The position numbers were made by a program, and so were the translations under genes. A model generated the notes under the pieces. It was not told where the DNA came from. It saw only the letters and a program-made list of their open reading frames with translations, and ran no database searches. From NCBI GenBank assembly GCA_001821135.1, contig MHSA01000021.1, positions 3,956 through 67,955 on the forward strand: a DNA stretch of 64,000 nt, written 5' to 3'. The DNA is from Candidatus Taylorbacteria bacterium RIFCSPLOWO2_01_FULL_48_100 (GTDB taxonomy: Bacteria; Patescibacteriota; Minisyncoccia; Phycocordibacterales; UBA10002). Of the stretch, positions 9,882-19,029 are shown one piece after another (position 1 is the stretch's first letter; each line of letters opens with the position of its first letter).

Positions 9882-10955
9882 TTATGGAGGACAATTACCG
9901 CTTTCAAGCCCCCTCCCTTTCACATAAAGCGTTTTAGAATTAGGACATCGGATATAAAATGCAGTTTCTGTTTCTATATTAGTCATACGCTGTCTTAAAT
10001 CAATAGCTCGGTCATTTAATCCAGCCGTTTCCAGTTTTTCCGCGTCCTTTTCTACCTTGGCGCGCGCCGCCAGTAGCATTTGTGATACCGCCGCATTATT
10101 TGCCCCTACATCTTTATTGGCGATATTATAATCAACGCGCGGCAATCCACCCTGCCATGTCCAGTTGGTTGGATTTAATCTATCAAGCAACCCCGTCGGA
10201 ACTAAACAAGTCCCTCCTCCTTTCAAACATTTGTTAATCTGCGCTCGCATATCGGTAGACAACCAATCAACCGCCCCCTCGTAACTTCTCACCACCGTTT
10301 CTTTCGTTTTGATTTCTTGGAGTTTTGGCCTTAATGTATCAAGTTCTTCTTCCAATGCTGATAAGTTTGCGATTTCCTCAGGAGTAAAGTCGCCTTCACG
10401 AAATTTTCTATCCAGTTCTTTAACTCTTACATCAACAGCATCCCCTGCTATTTTTAGATCTTTCGCCTTCGTTGAAATGTTTTGAGCCCTCTGCAACGCT
10501 TCATCAAGAAACTTTCCATATGTATCCTCCACGCTTTGTATCCTCGTCTTTGTTACCGGATTGAGTTTTCCAATCGCGAGACCGATATCTACCAGACGCG
10601 GGTTGATGGTGTAAAGGAGCACATACGACGCGAGCACGGTCGCGAGCCCCCACACGACATTCATAATAACTCCCTTACTTTCGCTCTTGCCGCTCACTGC
10701 CTCCGTCGTCATATACTGGAACCCGCCCCACACGAGCATCAGCACGGCGAGAACTCCTGCGGCCCCTATTCCGAGTTTGTAAATCCCTGTGAGATATGTA
10801 GGGAGTGAAGTAGTTGTCTTTCCCAAATCAGTGATGTTTGGAAGTGGCGCAAGCGGTACATAATCAGTTTGCGCGAGCAACAGCGCAGGAATTACTAGCG
10901 TGGCAAGTGCGCATATTTCCACAAACATCGTTATTTTATACTGTACTTTTTTCAT
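9882..10955 (-). CDS. Hypothetical protein with a VirB2/TrbC pilin-like N-terminal region (signal peptide + two hydrophobic helices) and a long coiled-coil C-terminal domain
   Basis: Signal peptide (…ALLLAQTDYVPLAPLP), then two TM-like helices (GIYKLGIGAAGVLAVLMLVWGGF / VVWGLATVLASYVLLYTINP), then about 220 aa of coiled-coil-like sequence. The pilin-like topology is my inference only. It is the last gene of the T4SS-like locus. Confidence 0.3.
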   Translation of the reverse strand: MKKVQYKITMFVEICALATLVIPALLLAQTDYVPLAPLPNITDLGKTTTSLPTYLTGIYKLGIGAAGVLAVLMLVWGGFQYMTTEAVSGKSESKGVIMNVVWGLATVLASYVLLYTINPRLVDIGLAIGKLNPVTKTRIQSVEDTYGKFLDEALQRAQNISTKAKDLKIAGDAVDVRVKELDRKFREGDFTPEEIANLSALEEELDTLRPKLQEIKTKETVVRSYEGAVDWLSTDMRAQINKCLKGGGTCLVPTGLLDRLNPTNWTWQGGLPRVDYNIANKDVGANNAAVSQMLLAARAKVEKDAEKLETAGLNDRAIDLRQRMTNIETETAFYIRCPNSKTLYVKGRGLESGNCPP

Positions 10956-10965
10956 GTTGCTTTCA

Positions 10966-11075
10966 TACTAATATACTAATGCATACCAATCTACCAATGA
11001 CTACCAATAAAATTCGTTTCTTATTCGTAGACATTCGTATCATTAGTATAATTCGCAGATTAGTATTTATTAGTA
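10966..11075. repeat. TACGAAT-nonamer palindromic element (family R2), full copy
   Basis: Left arm of tandem ~9-nt units (catactaatatactaatgcataccaatctaccaatgactaccaataaa), a short spacer, then an inverted right arm (…attcgtagacattcgtatcattagtataattcgcagattagtatttattagtatc). It lies directly upstream of the ATG of 9882-10955 (start at 10955). Confidence 0.75.
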
Positions 11076-12035
11076 TCAAAATGTAATCATTGTTCTCGCT
11101 TCTCCAAACTGAAACATCGCTTTTGGATTGGTTACCTCAACACTAATATCCGCGCTTCCCGCAGCGCCTTCTTTTCTAAACACAACGCTCTCATCATTTG
11201 GCGAGCCGACCTTTAGATTATTGAGCGTCCAGTTGTATTGTAGAAGTGGCGCGTCTGCTTTGTTGAAAAAGAATGGTTGTGCCGCAACGCGGATTTCCGG
11301 TGCCGTAAGCGTAGTGCCCCTCGCAAGCGCTTTATTCCACAATATGCCGTAGAGCGGATTGTCTTCGTACAAAATAACTTGCGGCGCAGTTGCTTCGGCG
11401 ACTATACGCGCTTCCGCCACCGCGCTTCCGTCAGGCGATTCCACTTCCACCGTTATTTCCGTCGGGCGAAACGGCACTTTTGCATAAAAGGTGAAAATAT
11501 CTCTTCCAACCCCCGACGAACCCTCCGGCACACGGTCGGCAATGCGCCAAGTGTATTTAAGCATTTTCGGGTTGGCGCGCGCGCTCGCGGCACCTGCAAA
11601 AAACGGAACCGCGGCAATCCGCGTCGCGCCGTGGTAAGAAAAGAGCGTCTTGCCTAGGTAAAAAGGCGGAGCGGTGCCGTCCGATTCTGCAACAAGAAGC
11701 ACCGACGCCGGCGAGAGGTTTATTGTTTTTTCTATCATCTCTTCTAATTCAGACATCCTCACCGTCAGCACTGTTTTAGAGCCGAGCTTGCCGGTGCGAA
11801 ACGACGCGCTCGTTTCCCCCTTCCCCTTCCGCACCGATACGCCATTGATTAGCCATTGTATTTCCACATCTGCCGCGCTCCCGCCGCTTAAAATGTGAAG
11901 CGACGCTTGCACGAGCGTATTCGGTCCCGGCTTTTCCGGCGAGAGGTTTATCAGTATCGCGTCAGCGGAAGGCGGCAGCGCGGCAAAAGCAGGTGTCGCA
12001 ACGAGGAATATGAAGATGTATAGTATTTTTTTCAT
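11076..12035 (-). CDS. Hypothetical secreted protein (signal peptide, beta-rich)
   Basis: Signal peptide MKKILYIFIFLVATPAFAALP. No recognised family. Stop/start overlap (ATGA) with the upstream small membrane-protein gene. Confidence 0.4.
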   Translation of the reverse strand: MKKILYIFIFLVATPAFAALPPSADAILINLSPEKPGPNTLVQASLHILSGGSAADVEIQWLINGVSVRKGKGETSASFRTGKLGSKTVLTVRMSELEEMIEKTINLSPASVLLVAESDGTAPPFYLGKTLFSYHGATRIAAVPFFAGAASARANPKMLKYTWRIADRVPEGSSGVGRDIFTFYAKVPFRPTEITVEVESPDGSAVAEARIVAEATAPQVILYEDNPLYGILWNKALARGTTLTAPEIRVAAQPFFFNKADAPLLQYNWTLNNLKVGSPNDESVVFRKEGAAGSADISVEVTNPKAMFQFGEARTMITF

Positions 12036-12376
12036 ACCTTTTTCGGCATTTTTATGCCGGTTTTATCTTCCAATTGTACCACAAGCACCGTGAGCGCGAC
12101 CCCAACCGTTATACAAGGCAATATATTGAGCACTGGAATCGCCTCAATAATCGCAGAGCCGAAAAACGAAGCCGCGCGCTTAGGGTTCACAAACCCTACT
12201 CCGCGGCTCAAAAACCAAAATCCAAATGTGAGGTACGCAATAATTGACACAAGCACGGCGAGCACTTGTCCCAATAAAGGGATAAGATTTAACCCAGCAT
12301 TTACGGCATCAAACAAAACAGCAACCGCAACCATAACAACGCCGGTTGTTTTATCAATTCTAATTTCTTGTTTCAT
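12032..12376 (-). CDS. Small three-TM membrane protein; start moved to MKQEIRID because the upstream Met lies inside the R2 repeat
   Basis: About 114 aa and hydrophobic. Part of the T4SS-like locus. Function unknown. Confidence 0.35.
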   Translation of the reverse strand: MKQEIRIDKTTGVVMVAVAVLFDAVNAGLNLIPLLGQVLAVLVSIIAYLTFGFWFLSRGVGFVNPKRAASFFGSAIIEAIPVLNILPCITVGVALTVLVVQLEDKTGIKMPKKV

Positions 12377-12383
12377 AGAAATT

Positions 12384-12490
12384 ATATATACCAATATACA
12401 AATGTATACCAATCTACAAATGGATACGAATAGGAACAGGAAATATTAGTAGTCATTCGTATAATTCGTATCATTGGTATATTGGTATTA
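12384..12490. repeat. R2 palindromic element, full copy; its right terminus (…ATTGGTATTA) supplies the TAA stop of the VirB4-like gene
   Basis: ataccaatatacaaatgtataccaatctacaaatggatacgaata…attcgtataattcgtatcattggtatattggtatta. The stop codon of 12488-14305 sits at 12488-12490, inside the repeat terminus. Confidence 0.75.
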
Positions 12491-14305
12491 CGCGCTTGCG
12501 CGCAATTCTTCTTTTGCGCGTTTAATCGCTAAGAGTTGCGACGGGTCGGAAGTGATAATCTGGTCTTCTGTGTAGGATGCAACAATTTTAATCGCGACAT
12601 GTTTCAGCCCGACGAAAAAGAGTCCCTCCCCCACATCCGATTCAAGCAAAAGATATTTTTCCTCATCGGTCAGGTTGAATACTTTTTGTATGCGGTCTAT
12701 CACTGCGGGTGATTGCTTCAGAAGCATTTGGATAGACGAGTTCGTTACAATCGGCAATCCATACGGAGAGGAAAGGAAATCGTCCACATCTTGCGTAATG
12801 GTCGCAACACCTAAAAAGTATTTGCGTCCGCGCTTGGCGACAGAAAGAAGAAATGAGGCGGTATCTTCCGAGCGCATCATCCACCACGCCTCATCCACGA
12901 CGAGGAGCCGTTTTTTGAGATTTCGGCGCACGGCGTTCCAGATGTGGTGTGTAACGATGTAAGTTGCGACCGATTTTAGTTCGTCTTCCATATCCCGAAG
13001 GGAAAATACGACAAGATTGCCGTTTATGGACACATTGGATGGGCGATTAATAAAGTTTGCCCAAGTGCCTTTTGTGTATTTGGTAAGCCGCACACGGATG
13101 CTCTCTGTCCCCTCCATTCCCGCAAGCACCATTTCAAAATCAGACAGAAGCGGCGGCTCGGTTTTCCCGAAGTCAGAATCAGGCGTAATGTCTTTAAGCG
13201 CGTAGGTCTCGGTAATCGCTCGGTCCACTAGTGCGTCTTCTTCCGGTGTAAGCCCGCCCAGCATTATGCGAAAAAGCCCGACGAGCGAGATAATGTGCGA
13301 GCGCAAAATGTCCGCAGGCGATTCATCCTCGCGCGGCAAAGGCAAGTCAAACGGGTTGATGTGGTGTTCGGAAGTGAGTGAGATGGAAAAGAACTTGCCG
13401 CCGACCGATTCCGCGAGAAACTCATACTCTTTTTCCGGGTCAATCACAATCACTTCCGTATCAAACATCAGTGTTCGTAAGATTTCCAATTTCATCATAT
13501 AGGACTTGCCGGCGCCCGACTTCGCAAAAACGACCGAGTTGTAGTTTTCCAGCGAGAAGCGGTCAAACAAAACAAGCGAAGAATTATGCCTATTTATGCC
13601 GTACAAGATTCCTTTGTCGGAAGTTAAGTCAAACGAAATGAATGGGAAAATTGAAGAAAGCGGTCCAGAATTAAGTTTAGAATGTACCAGAAGCTCGTCC
13701 GATGCTGTAGGCGCAACCGAACGAAACCCCTCCGCCTGCTGAAAGAGTGCCGGCTTCATATACACGAGTTTCGCTTCCATAATGGACTTCACTTCGCTCT
13801 CAATTTTTTCTAATTCTTCTTCTGTGTCTGCGTACAGCGTAATATATAATCCAACATCAAAAATCTTTTCTTGCGCCTGTTGCAGTTCATCGCGAAGCTT
13901 TTCCAAGTCCTGATACGCGGTCTCAAGCATCGGGTCGCGCACAAACCCTTTTTCTTCGCGCGTGTGGATTTGGCTCTGCACCTCCGCGACTTTTTTCTGG
14001 AACTGCTTCAGCACTTTTCCCGTTTCAACAGGATGTACGAAAATAGAGACATCAAACACTTTATCAAGATTTATAATCGGCGAAAACCAGCCGGCGGTTA
14101 GGAAGCGCGGATAGGAGATGACGAAATAGGTGCGAGCGATTTTCTCGCCCATATTGAGCGTCTTCGGCGTGATTTTGAGAGCCGCGGGCGCGAGCACATC
14201 GCGCAGTTCCAAAACCCCCGACTGGTAAATCTGTTCGGGCAGTATCGGCGTAATCTCGCTCTCGCCACTTTGTTTTTTCTTTTTGAATAGGTCTAGTATG
14301 TTCAT
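12488..14305 (-). CDS. VirB4/TraC/CagE-family type IV secretion ATPase
   Basis: 605 aa. Walker A FAKSGAGKSYMMK and Walker B LLVVDEAWWM (the DEAW motif characteristic of VirB4-like ATPases). Domain order is typical of VirB4/TrsE/PrgJ. Confidence 0.75.
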   Translation of the reverse strand: MNILDLFKKKKQSGESEITPILPEQIYQSGVLELRDVLAPAALKITPKTLNMGEKIARTYFVISYPRFLTAGWFSPIINLDKVFDVSIFVHPVETGKVLKQFQKKVAEVQSQIHTREEKGFVRDPMLETAYQDLEKLRDELQQAQEKIFDVGLYITLYADTEEELEKIESEVKSIMEAKLVYMKPALFQQAEGFRSVAPTASDELLVHSKLNSGPLSSIFPFISFDLTSDKGILYGINRHNSSLVLFDRFSLENYNSVVFAKSGAGKSYMMKLEILRTLMFDTEVIVIDPEKEYEFLAESVGGKFFSISLTSEHHINPFDLPLPREDESPADILRSHIISLVGLFRIMLGGLTPEEDALVDRAITETYALKDITPDSDFGKTEPPLLSDFEMVLAGMEGTESIRVRLTKYTKGTWANFINRPSNVSINGNLVVFSLRDMEDELKSVATYIVTHHIWNAVRRNLKKRLLVVDEAWWMMRSEDTASFLLSVAKRGRKYFLGVATITQDVDDFLSSPYGLPIVTNSSIQMLLKQSPAVIDRIQKVFNLTDEEKYLLLESDVGEGLFFVGLKHVAIKIVASYTEDQIITSDPSQLLAIKRAKEELRASA

Positions 14306-14309
14306 AAAA

Positions 14310-14421
14310 TATCTATACCAATATACTAATGATACGAATTATACGAATGACTACGAATAAAAATTCTTTGTTTACATTGGTAATCATTAGTAGATTGGTA
14401 TGCATTCGTATATTGGTATTA
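14310..14421. repeat. R2 palindromic element, full copy; its terminus supplies the TAA stop of the 14419-15045 gene
   Basis: taccaatatactaatgatacgaattatacgaatgactacgaataaa | aattctttgtttac | attggtaatcattagtagattggtatgcattcgtatattggtatta. It lies directly upstream of the VirB4-like start at 14305. Confidence 0.8.
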
Positions 14422-15045
14422 AGCAACTGCCGCGTGCTGTTCCTCGCCAGGGTTAAATAATTTATAAAACAATTCTATTTCCTCGTCTGTGCCGAGTCGC
14501 GCGGTGCGGAGACCGCACCTCGTCAGCCCCTGCTCTACGATAGAAATGCGTTGTTCAATCTGAGTTCTATTTTCGTTGAAGTCGCTCGTTGCCGCGGCGG
14601 GCGTTTGGTTTTTACGCCTGAGCCCTATCGGCAGCCCACCTTTGAGTTTCACTGGTGTAGGCGAATACGGCACGACTATGAAAAATGTTTTGGACATAAT
14701 AGCCGTGCTTTCCGTAAACGAGCGCACAAACTCTATATACTCGCGCGTCTGAATTTTTAGAAGTTCCGTCTGTTGCGCCTTCACGCGCGTTTCAAGAAGC
14801 GCGATGTAGGGTCTGACATCAAACCGCCGCGAGTGAATAACGATTTGTGCAGAAAAGTCCAGCGTGTTCAAGAAGTTTTGGAATTGCAAAAGAATCGCCT
14901 CTTGATTGTCTTCTGATTTCAGCGCGAAGTTGACGGAAGACACCATAAGAACAGCGCGCAGCCCACCATCGCGTAGGACGAGTATGCCGTCGCGAATTTC
15001 CGAAATCGGCACAAATTCCTGAGTTGGTTTTGTTTTTGGAGGCAT
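14419..15045 (-). CDS. Hypothetical soluble protein; its N-terminal region resembles the N-terminus of the adjacent VirB4-like protein
   Basis: 208 aa with no TM. The block PISEIRDGILVLRDGGLRAVLMVSSVNFALK parallels PEQIYQSGVLELRDVLAPAALKITPK in the VirB4-like ORF. It may be a VirB4 N-domain-like accessory protein. I cannot name a family. Confidence 0.4.
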   Translation of the reverse strand: MPPKTKPTQEFVPISEIRDGILVLRDGGLRAVLMVSSVNFALKSEDNQEAILLQFQNFLNTLDFSAQIVIHSRRFDVRPYIALLETRVKAQQTELLKIQTREYIEFVRSFTESTAIMSKTFFIVVPYSPTPVKLKGGLPIGLRRKNQTPAAATSDFNENRTQIEQRISIVEQGLTRCGLRTARLGTDEEIELFYKLFNPGEEQHAAVA

Positions 15046-15048
15046 AAA

Positions 15049-15100
15049 GTAAATATACGAATATACAAATTATACGAATGATACGAATGTCTACGAATAA
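15049..15100. repeat. R2 element, left arm only
   Basis: atatacgaatatacaaattatacgaatgatacgaatgtctacgaataaaa. It lies immediately upstream of the 14419-15045 start. The matching right arm is at 15493-15540, with the GxxExxY gene between the two arms. Confidence 0.7.
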
Positions 15101-15107
15101 AACTATA

Positions 15108-15524
15108 TCATAATTTTATCTGTCGTATTCGCTCAATCCGCACGATTCTTCGTGGTTTAAGTAGTTTTTCACGAAAATTCACCAACAAACCAAGCCGCAA
15201 CTCAGTTTGTTGTAAGTAATTTTGGATTTGCCTAAAATCCTCTCTTAATAATAGCCGTTTTGCTTTTAATTCCAAAACGACCTGATTCTCTATAAGAAAA
15301 TCAAGGATGTTACCTCCGGTTCCGATGGCTAATTCTCTTTTGTAGTTTATATTTTTTTCTTTAAGATATTTCTCTATTGCATCAGCGTACTGTTTTTCTC
15401 TTGCATACTCGCCGAGTTCATTATGTGCAGCAAAACATATGCCAGTGAGTATGTATGAAAGTTCCGGAAACAGTAGTACTGGCTTTTTGTTCCTATTAGT
15501 AGACATTAGTAGATTAGTATTCAT
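15108..15524 (-). CDS. GxxExxY-family protein (the four-helix-bundle family typical of 23S rRNA intervening sequences)
   Basis: The sequence …PELSYILTGICFAAHNELGEYAREKQYADAIEKYLKEKNINYKRELAIGTGGNILDFLIENQVVLELKAKRLL…FRQIQNYLQQTELRLGLLVNFREKLLKPRRIV matches the GxxExxY / TIGR04256-like pattern well. The annotated N-terminus (MNTNLLMSTN…) is a translated R2 repeat, so the true start is uncertain. Confidence 0.65.
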   Translation of the reverse strand: MNTNLLMSTNRNKKPVLLFPELSYILTGICFAAHNELGEYAREKQYADAIEKYLKEKNINYKRELAIGTGGNILDFLIENQVVLELKAKRLLLREDFRQIQNYLQQTELRLGLLVNFREKLLKPRRIVRIERIRQIKL

Positions 15525-15540
15525 TCGTATATTGGTATTA
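15493..15540. repeat. R2 element, right arm only
   Basis: ctattagtagacattagtagattagtattcattcgtatattggtatta. Together with 15049-15100 it forms one palindrome interrupted by the GxxExxY gene. Confidence 0.7.
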
Positions 15541-15945
15541 CTATTTTCTGGTGGTGGTATGCGAAATGTCCAGCGTCCATGTTAAGTCCTTCAACTTTCC
15601 TTCCGTCAATTTTGGAATAGTCGGCGGGTTCGTGTTTTGCGCAGGACTTTTCGCGGATGGCGCGCGCGGCACTTTACGCCATAAGTACAATTTTTCCGAC
15701 AAGTAATAGCGGATGGCGGATTCAAGCACAAAAACAAACGGCTTGTTGTTTATTTTCCAAAACGCGAGCGCGAGCGCGAGCGCGGCGACTGGCGCAATAA
15801 TGAGAATTGCGACGATAAACGGCAAGAAGCGGTAGAGAATAAAAGAAAGCCCCGCTCCGCCGACAAGGTAAATGAACTGCTTGACGGTGAGCGGTCCAAA
15901 CAGGCGGTCTTCTATGTCTATAAATTGCGGGGTTTGATAACGCAT
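15541..15945 (-). CDS. Small two-TM membrane protein, possibly VirB3/PrgI-like
   Basis: 134 aa. A hydrophobic hairpin (…LVGGAGLSFILYRFLPFIVAILIIAPVAALALALAFWKI) followed by a hydrophilic tail. It lies adjacent to the VirB4-like gene, as VirB3/PrgI genes usually do. Assignment rests on topology and context only. Confidence 0.3.
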   Translation of the reverse strand: MRYQTPQFIDIEDRLFGPLTVKQFIYLVGGAGLSFILYRFLPFIVAILIIAPVAALALALAFWKINNKPFVFVLESAIRYYLSEKLYLWRKVPRAPSAKSPAQNTNPPTIPKLTEGKLKDLTWTLDISHTTTRK

Positions 15946-15952
15946 ATGCGTT

Positions 15953-16062
15953 TTATACCAATATACTAATGTTACTAATGATACGAATGTCTACGAATAA
16001 AAAATCTCTGTTTCCATTTGTAGTCATTGGTAGATTGGTATGCATTCGTATATTGGTATTAT
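15953..16062. repeat. R2 palindromic element, full copy; supplies the TAA stop of the 16059-17138 ORF
   Basis: ataccaatatactaatgttactaatgatacgaatgtctacgaataaaa | aatctctgtttcc | atttgtagtcattggtagattggtatgcattcgtatattggtatta. Confidence 0.8.
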
Positions 16063-17138
16063 TCTATTGGCTCACGATAAGGGTCTTTTGGATAATTACT
16101 CTGTGTTGATGTTGATTGTGGCGAATAATTTGGCGCGGCAATCGGCAAGTTTTTCGGCGGTTCGGTGGTTGGTGCAAATCGGTACTTACCTTCTGTTTTT
16201 TGTTCCTGTTCTTTCCCCGTCTTATTTGTAGCCATTTGTAGATTAGTATTCATTCGTATATTGGTATTCATATTTCTCAAAATCTCCCGCACTGGCCGCA
16301 AAATCTCCATATTCACCACTTGTCCAACCGCCATCGCGCGGTCGCGCGGTAGGCGCAAGCGGCGCGTGAGGTTGTCTACAAAATTCACCGGCTGTGTTAG
16401 CCCCAACATAACAAGCCCCGCCTCGCTCACCAATTCTCCCGTTTCTTCCACATTTAACCCGAACTTTTTCGCCACTCCTTCAAGACGAGATAAAAACCCA
16501 ACGCTCTCCAGCGACTGCTTCACTTCAATCGGCGTTTTGCGGAACGCGTCGTTTATTCGGTTGTCGTCGTACGCAGTGCCACGTTTGATATCGGAGAGAA
16601 GAGTTTGTAGCGTATAGCGTGTAGCGTGTAACGTAGATTCGGGGGGAGTGGGTAATTCTTTGCGGATGAGAACGGGGCGAGGAGGGGCTGGGGGTAAGTT
16701 GGTAAGTTTGGAAGTTTGTAAGTTGGGTGGCGTAGTAGTTGGTTTTGTTTCTGTTTTATTCGTAGACATTCGTAGATTAGTATTCATTCGTATATTGGTA
16801 TTAATATTGGTATTAAAAATCTCTTTTTCAACTTCCCCCGCAATCGCCCGCGCCTGCTCGGGCGGCAATAATAATTCACTCGCGAATTCGTTTTCTGCTT
16901 GTTTTGTGTCAATGATCTGTAGAAGTATTGCGCCTACTATGTAATTAAACTTTACTCGCTGTTCTTTTGATAGATTATGTTTTTCTGCAACACGAACAGT
17001 CGCCGCTGTTGCTTCTGGCGAAGTAATATAATCCTGCGTATCTTGCGGTAATTTTTTTAACGCCCTTATTTTTTCTTCGTTTGTAAATTTCATATTTTTA
17101 TTATACCCAGAGCGTTGCATTGACTGGATTTGAAACAT
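16059..17138 (-). CDS. Uninterrupted 359-codon frame that runs in-frame through two R2 half-elements; either one protein with repeat-encoded NTNIRMNTNL(R/Q)M segments or 2-3 small genes separated by repeats
   Basis: The translation contains NTNINTNIRMNTNLRMSTNK and NMNTNIRMNTNLQMATNK exactly where R2 half-copies lie (16757-16815 and 16233-16270). The first 13 codons overlap the VirB6-like gene, so the real start is probably MKFTNEEK… near 17093. Confidence 0.3.
   Translation of the reverse strand: MFQIQSMQRSGYNKNMKFTNEEKIRALKKLPQDTQDYITSPEATAATVRVAEKHNLSKEQRVKFNYIVGAILLQIIDTKQAENEFASELLLPPEQARAIAGEVEKEIFNTNINTNIRMNTNLRMSTNKTETKPTTTPPNLQTSKLTNLPPAPPRPVLIRKELPTPPESTLHATRYTLQTLLSDIKRGTAYDDNRINDAFRKTPIEVKQSLESVGFLSRLEGVAKKFGLNVEETGELVSEAGLVMLGLTQPVNFVDNLTRRLRLPRDRAMAVGQVVNMEILRPVREILRNMNTNIRMNTNLQMATNKTGKEQEQKTEGKYRFAPTTEPPKNLPIAAPNYSPQSTSTQSNYPKDPYREPIE
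16233..16270. repeat. R2 element, right-arm half copy embedded in a coding frame
   Basis: catttgtagattagtattcattcgtatattggtattca. Confidence 0.6.
16757..16815. repeat. R2 element, right-arm half copy embedded in a coding frame
   Basis: ttattcgtagacattcgtagattagtattcattcgtatattggtattaatattggtatta. Confidence 0.6.
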
Positions 17139-19023
17139 AAGCCAACTGAGCAGCTTGCTCGGGATATGCCACAGCCCCAGTTATTTCGTTCAATATCGCT
17201 GTTATTTCATTCGGCATAAGATTTCCATTTTCCATAAGATCGCGAAGATGTTGCGGTCGCATCCTTCTAATTATATCTGGATTGACGCGTGCTTCATGAG
17301 AAAGTTCTCGCGCTTGGTTTGGACGAAGTATTGCAACGCGCCTATCCATTTCTGCGTGTGTTATTGGTGGTGCACCTGCCACTGGTGGTGTCGCAATCGC
17401 TTCAATTTCAGTAAGGCGTTGTTCGTTTTGTGTGTCTCGTTCCACATTTCTCCGCGCCTCACGAACTTTGTCTTGTTCTTCCGGTGTCAGACGGTTGTAA
17501 AGACCTGTTATCTGTTCTGGTGAAAGAGTACCGGTTCTTTCTAACGCCACCCTATCTCTTGCCGAAAGTTTCTCATACGCTTTCCTGCGTTGGCCTTCTG
17601 GAAGGTTTGCGAGGTATTGCGCCTGCATGGCTGGGTTATTGCGGAACCCTTTCATTGTTTTTTCTACTTCTTCATCGCCCACTGTGCCGAAAGTACCCTT
17701 CTCCTGCATTTCTTTGTAACTTTTCCCACCGATTTTCATTGACTGCAAGCGGTCGGCGGTGCGAAGAGCCATGCGTGCAAGCGGGTTGGTAGACGCTTTT
17801 AGCGCATCGCTGTTTGTCGCAGCGCGCGCAAACCCTCCAATCGTGCGCGCCGCGACGCCCCCCGCAAGTCCGGTAACCGCTCCCTGCCCCCATTTGCGGA
17901 GACCTTGCCCCCAGCCCATTACCATAGAGCCGCCGTATGCTCCCATATTTTTTGCGATAAGGAGTGTCGCGGCAATGGCGACAATGAGAATCAAATAGTT
18001 TATAACAATCCCGATATTCCCCGACGATTCGGATGTCATCAGCGCGGCAAATGACGCTTCGTTGTTTTGGATTTTCAAGAGTTCCGCCATACCGCCGCTC
18101 TGAATCGCATTGGCGACCGCGTAGTTAAGCGCCATATATACTGGGGCGAAAAATGTATAAGAAAAAAGCGCGTGCCACCATTTATCCGTATGTGATTTCA
18201 TTCCGGGAAAAACCCACGCCACAAACGCGAGCGGCGCGAGAATCATCACAAACATCAGCACCACAGCGCGGACGATAAACAGCACTGCGGCGGCGAAGAA
18301 GATGAACGCAGTAACAAGGAAGAATACCGAGCCGAGAATAGTCGCAAGCCCCACTTTCATAAAATTGTCGGCAAACCCGCCCGCCGCCGCCATAGCATCT
18401 GTCGTTGTTTGCCCGCCTCTCGCATCCATCACGCTCTGGAGTCGCAAGCCCTCCATATATATATCGGAGAGTCCCGCTTTTTCAGTTGTTTCTACGCCGT
18501 TGACGATGAGGTTAGGCCGCATTGCGTCGTAGAAGTGAAGCGTCGCAATGTTGCCTGCGTCAATAATCGCTTTGGTGATAAAGAGCGAGAAGTTTATCAG
18601 AAGCGCCATTATGATTACATTCAGAAGCAGTTTCTTTATTTCCCCTCCACCAAGCCCGAGAATAGTCCGTATGCCTATCCAAAGTAAAATAAAAATGAAG
18701 CACAGGTTTGCAATGTCGCGAAATACCGTCCAGCCGACAGACACAATCGGCACTTTCTCTATCAATTCGCCAACTCTGCCGATGCTGAGTTCCACTGAGG
18801 CATTCAGTATTGCGCCGGATATGTTCAACACTTTGGAAACAATCGTAAGAACGATGTTGCCTAAGTCGGCGAAGACGCTCGTAATCACATCATGCCAGCC
18901 CATCGCGCCGATAATTTTACCCGCGACATACCCAACGGCACCTTCCTGCGCAAACGCAACTCCCGCGCCGATCGGCGCCAGTATCATTCCAGCAAGCACT
19001 ATGATGATAAGCAGTTTTTTCAT
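17101..19023 (-). CDS. VirB6/TrbL-like polytopic membrane protein with a long hydrophilic C-terminal domain
   Basis: 640 aa. Signal peptide, at least six TM helices in the first ~400 aa, and a Gly-rich segment (GWGQGLRKWGQGAVTGLAGG). The C-terminus is charged and alpha-helical. It sits in the same operon as the VirB4-like gene. Family call is by topology and context. Confidence 0.4.
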   Translation of the reverse strand: MKKLLIIIVLAGMILAPIGAGVAFAQEGAVGYVAGKIIGAMGWHDVITSVFADLGNIVLTIVSKVLNISGAILNASVELSIGRVGELIEKVPIVSVGWTVFRDIANLCFIFILLWIGIRTILGLGGGEIKKLLLNVIIMALLINFSLFITKAIIDAGNIATLHFYDAMRPNLIVNGVETTEKAGLSDIYMEGLRLQSVMDARGGQTTTDAMAAAGGFADNFMKVGLATILGSVFFLVTAFIFFAAAVLFIVRAVVLMFVMILAPLAFVAWVFPGMKSHTDKWWHALFSYTFFAPVYMALNYAVANAIQSGGMAELLKIQNNEASFAALMTSESSGNIGIVINYLILIVAIAATLLIAKNMGAYGGSMVMGWGQGLRKWGQGAVTGLAGGVAARTIGGFARAATNSDALKASTNPLARMALRTADRLQSMKIGGKSYKEMQEKGTFGTVGDEEVEKTMKGFRNNPAMQAQYLANLPEGQRRKAYEKLSARDRVALERTGTLSPEQITGLYNRLTPEEQDKVREARRNVERDTQNEQRLTEIEAIATPPVAGAPPITHAEMDRRVAILRPNQARELSHEARVNPDIIRRMRPQHLRDLMENGNLMPNEITAILNEITGAVAYPEQAAQLAYVSNPVNATLWV

Positions 19024-19029
19024 AAGTGA

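Noticed and set aside
10966-16815. R2 palindromes as integron attC sites, with the T4SS-like genes as cassettes
   Set aside because: No integron integrase or attI is present in the window. The element termini (TAATACCAAT…/…ATTGGTATTA) do not match the attC R/L core sites (GTTRRRY). The same element also flanks housekeeping genes (nusA, rsmA, HU, comM). I kept it only as an analogy.
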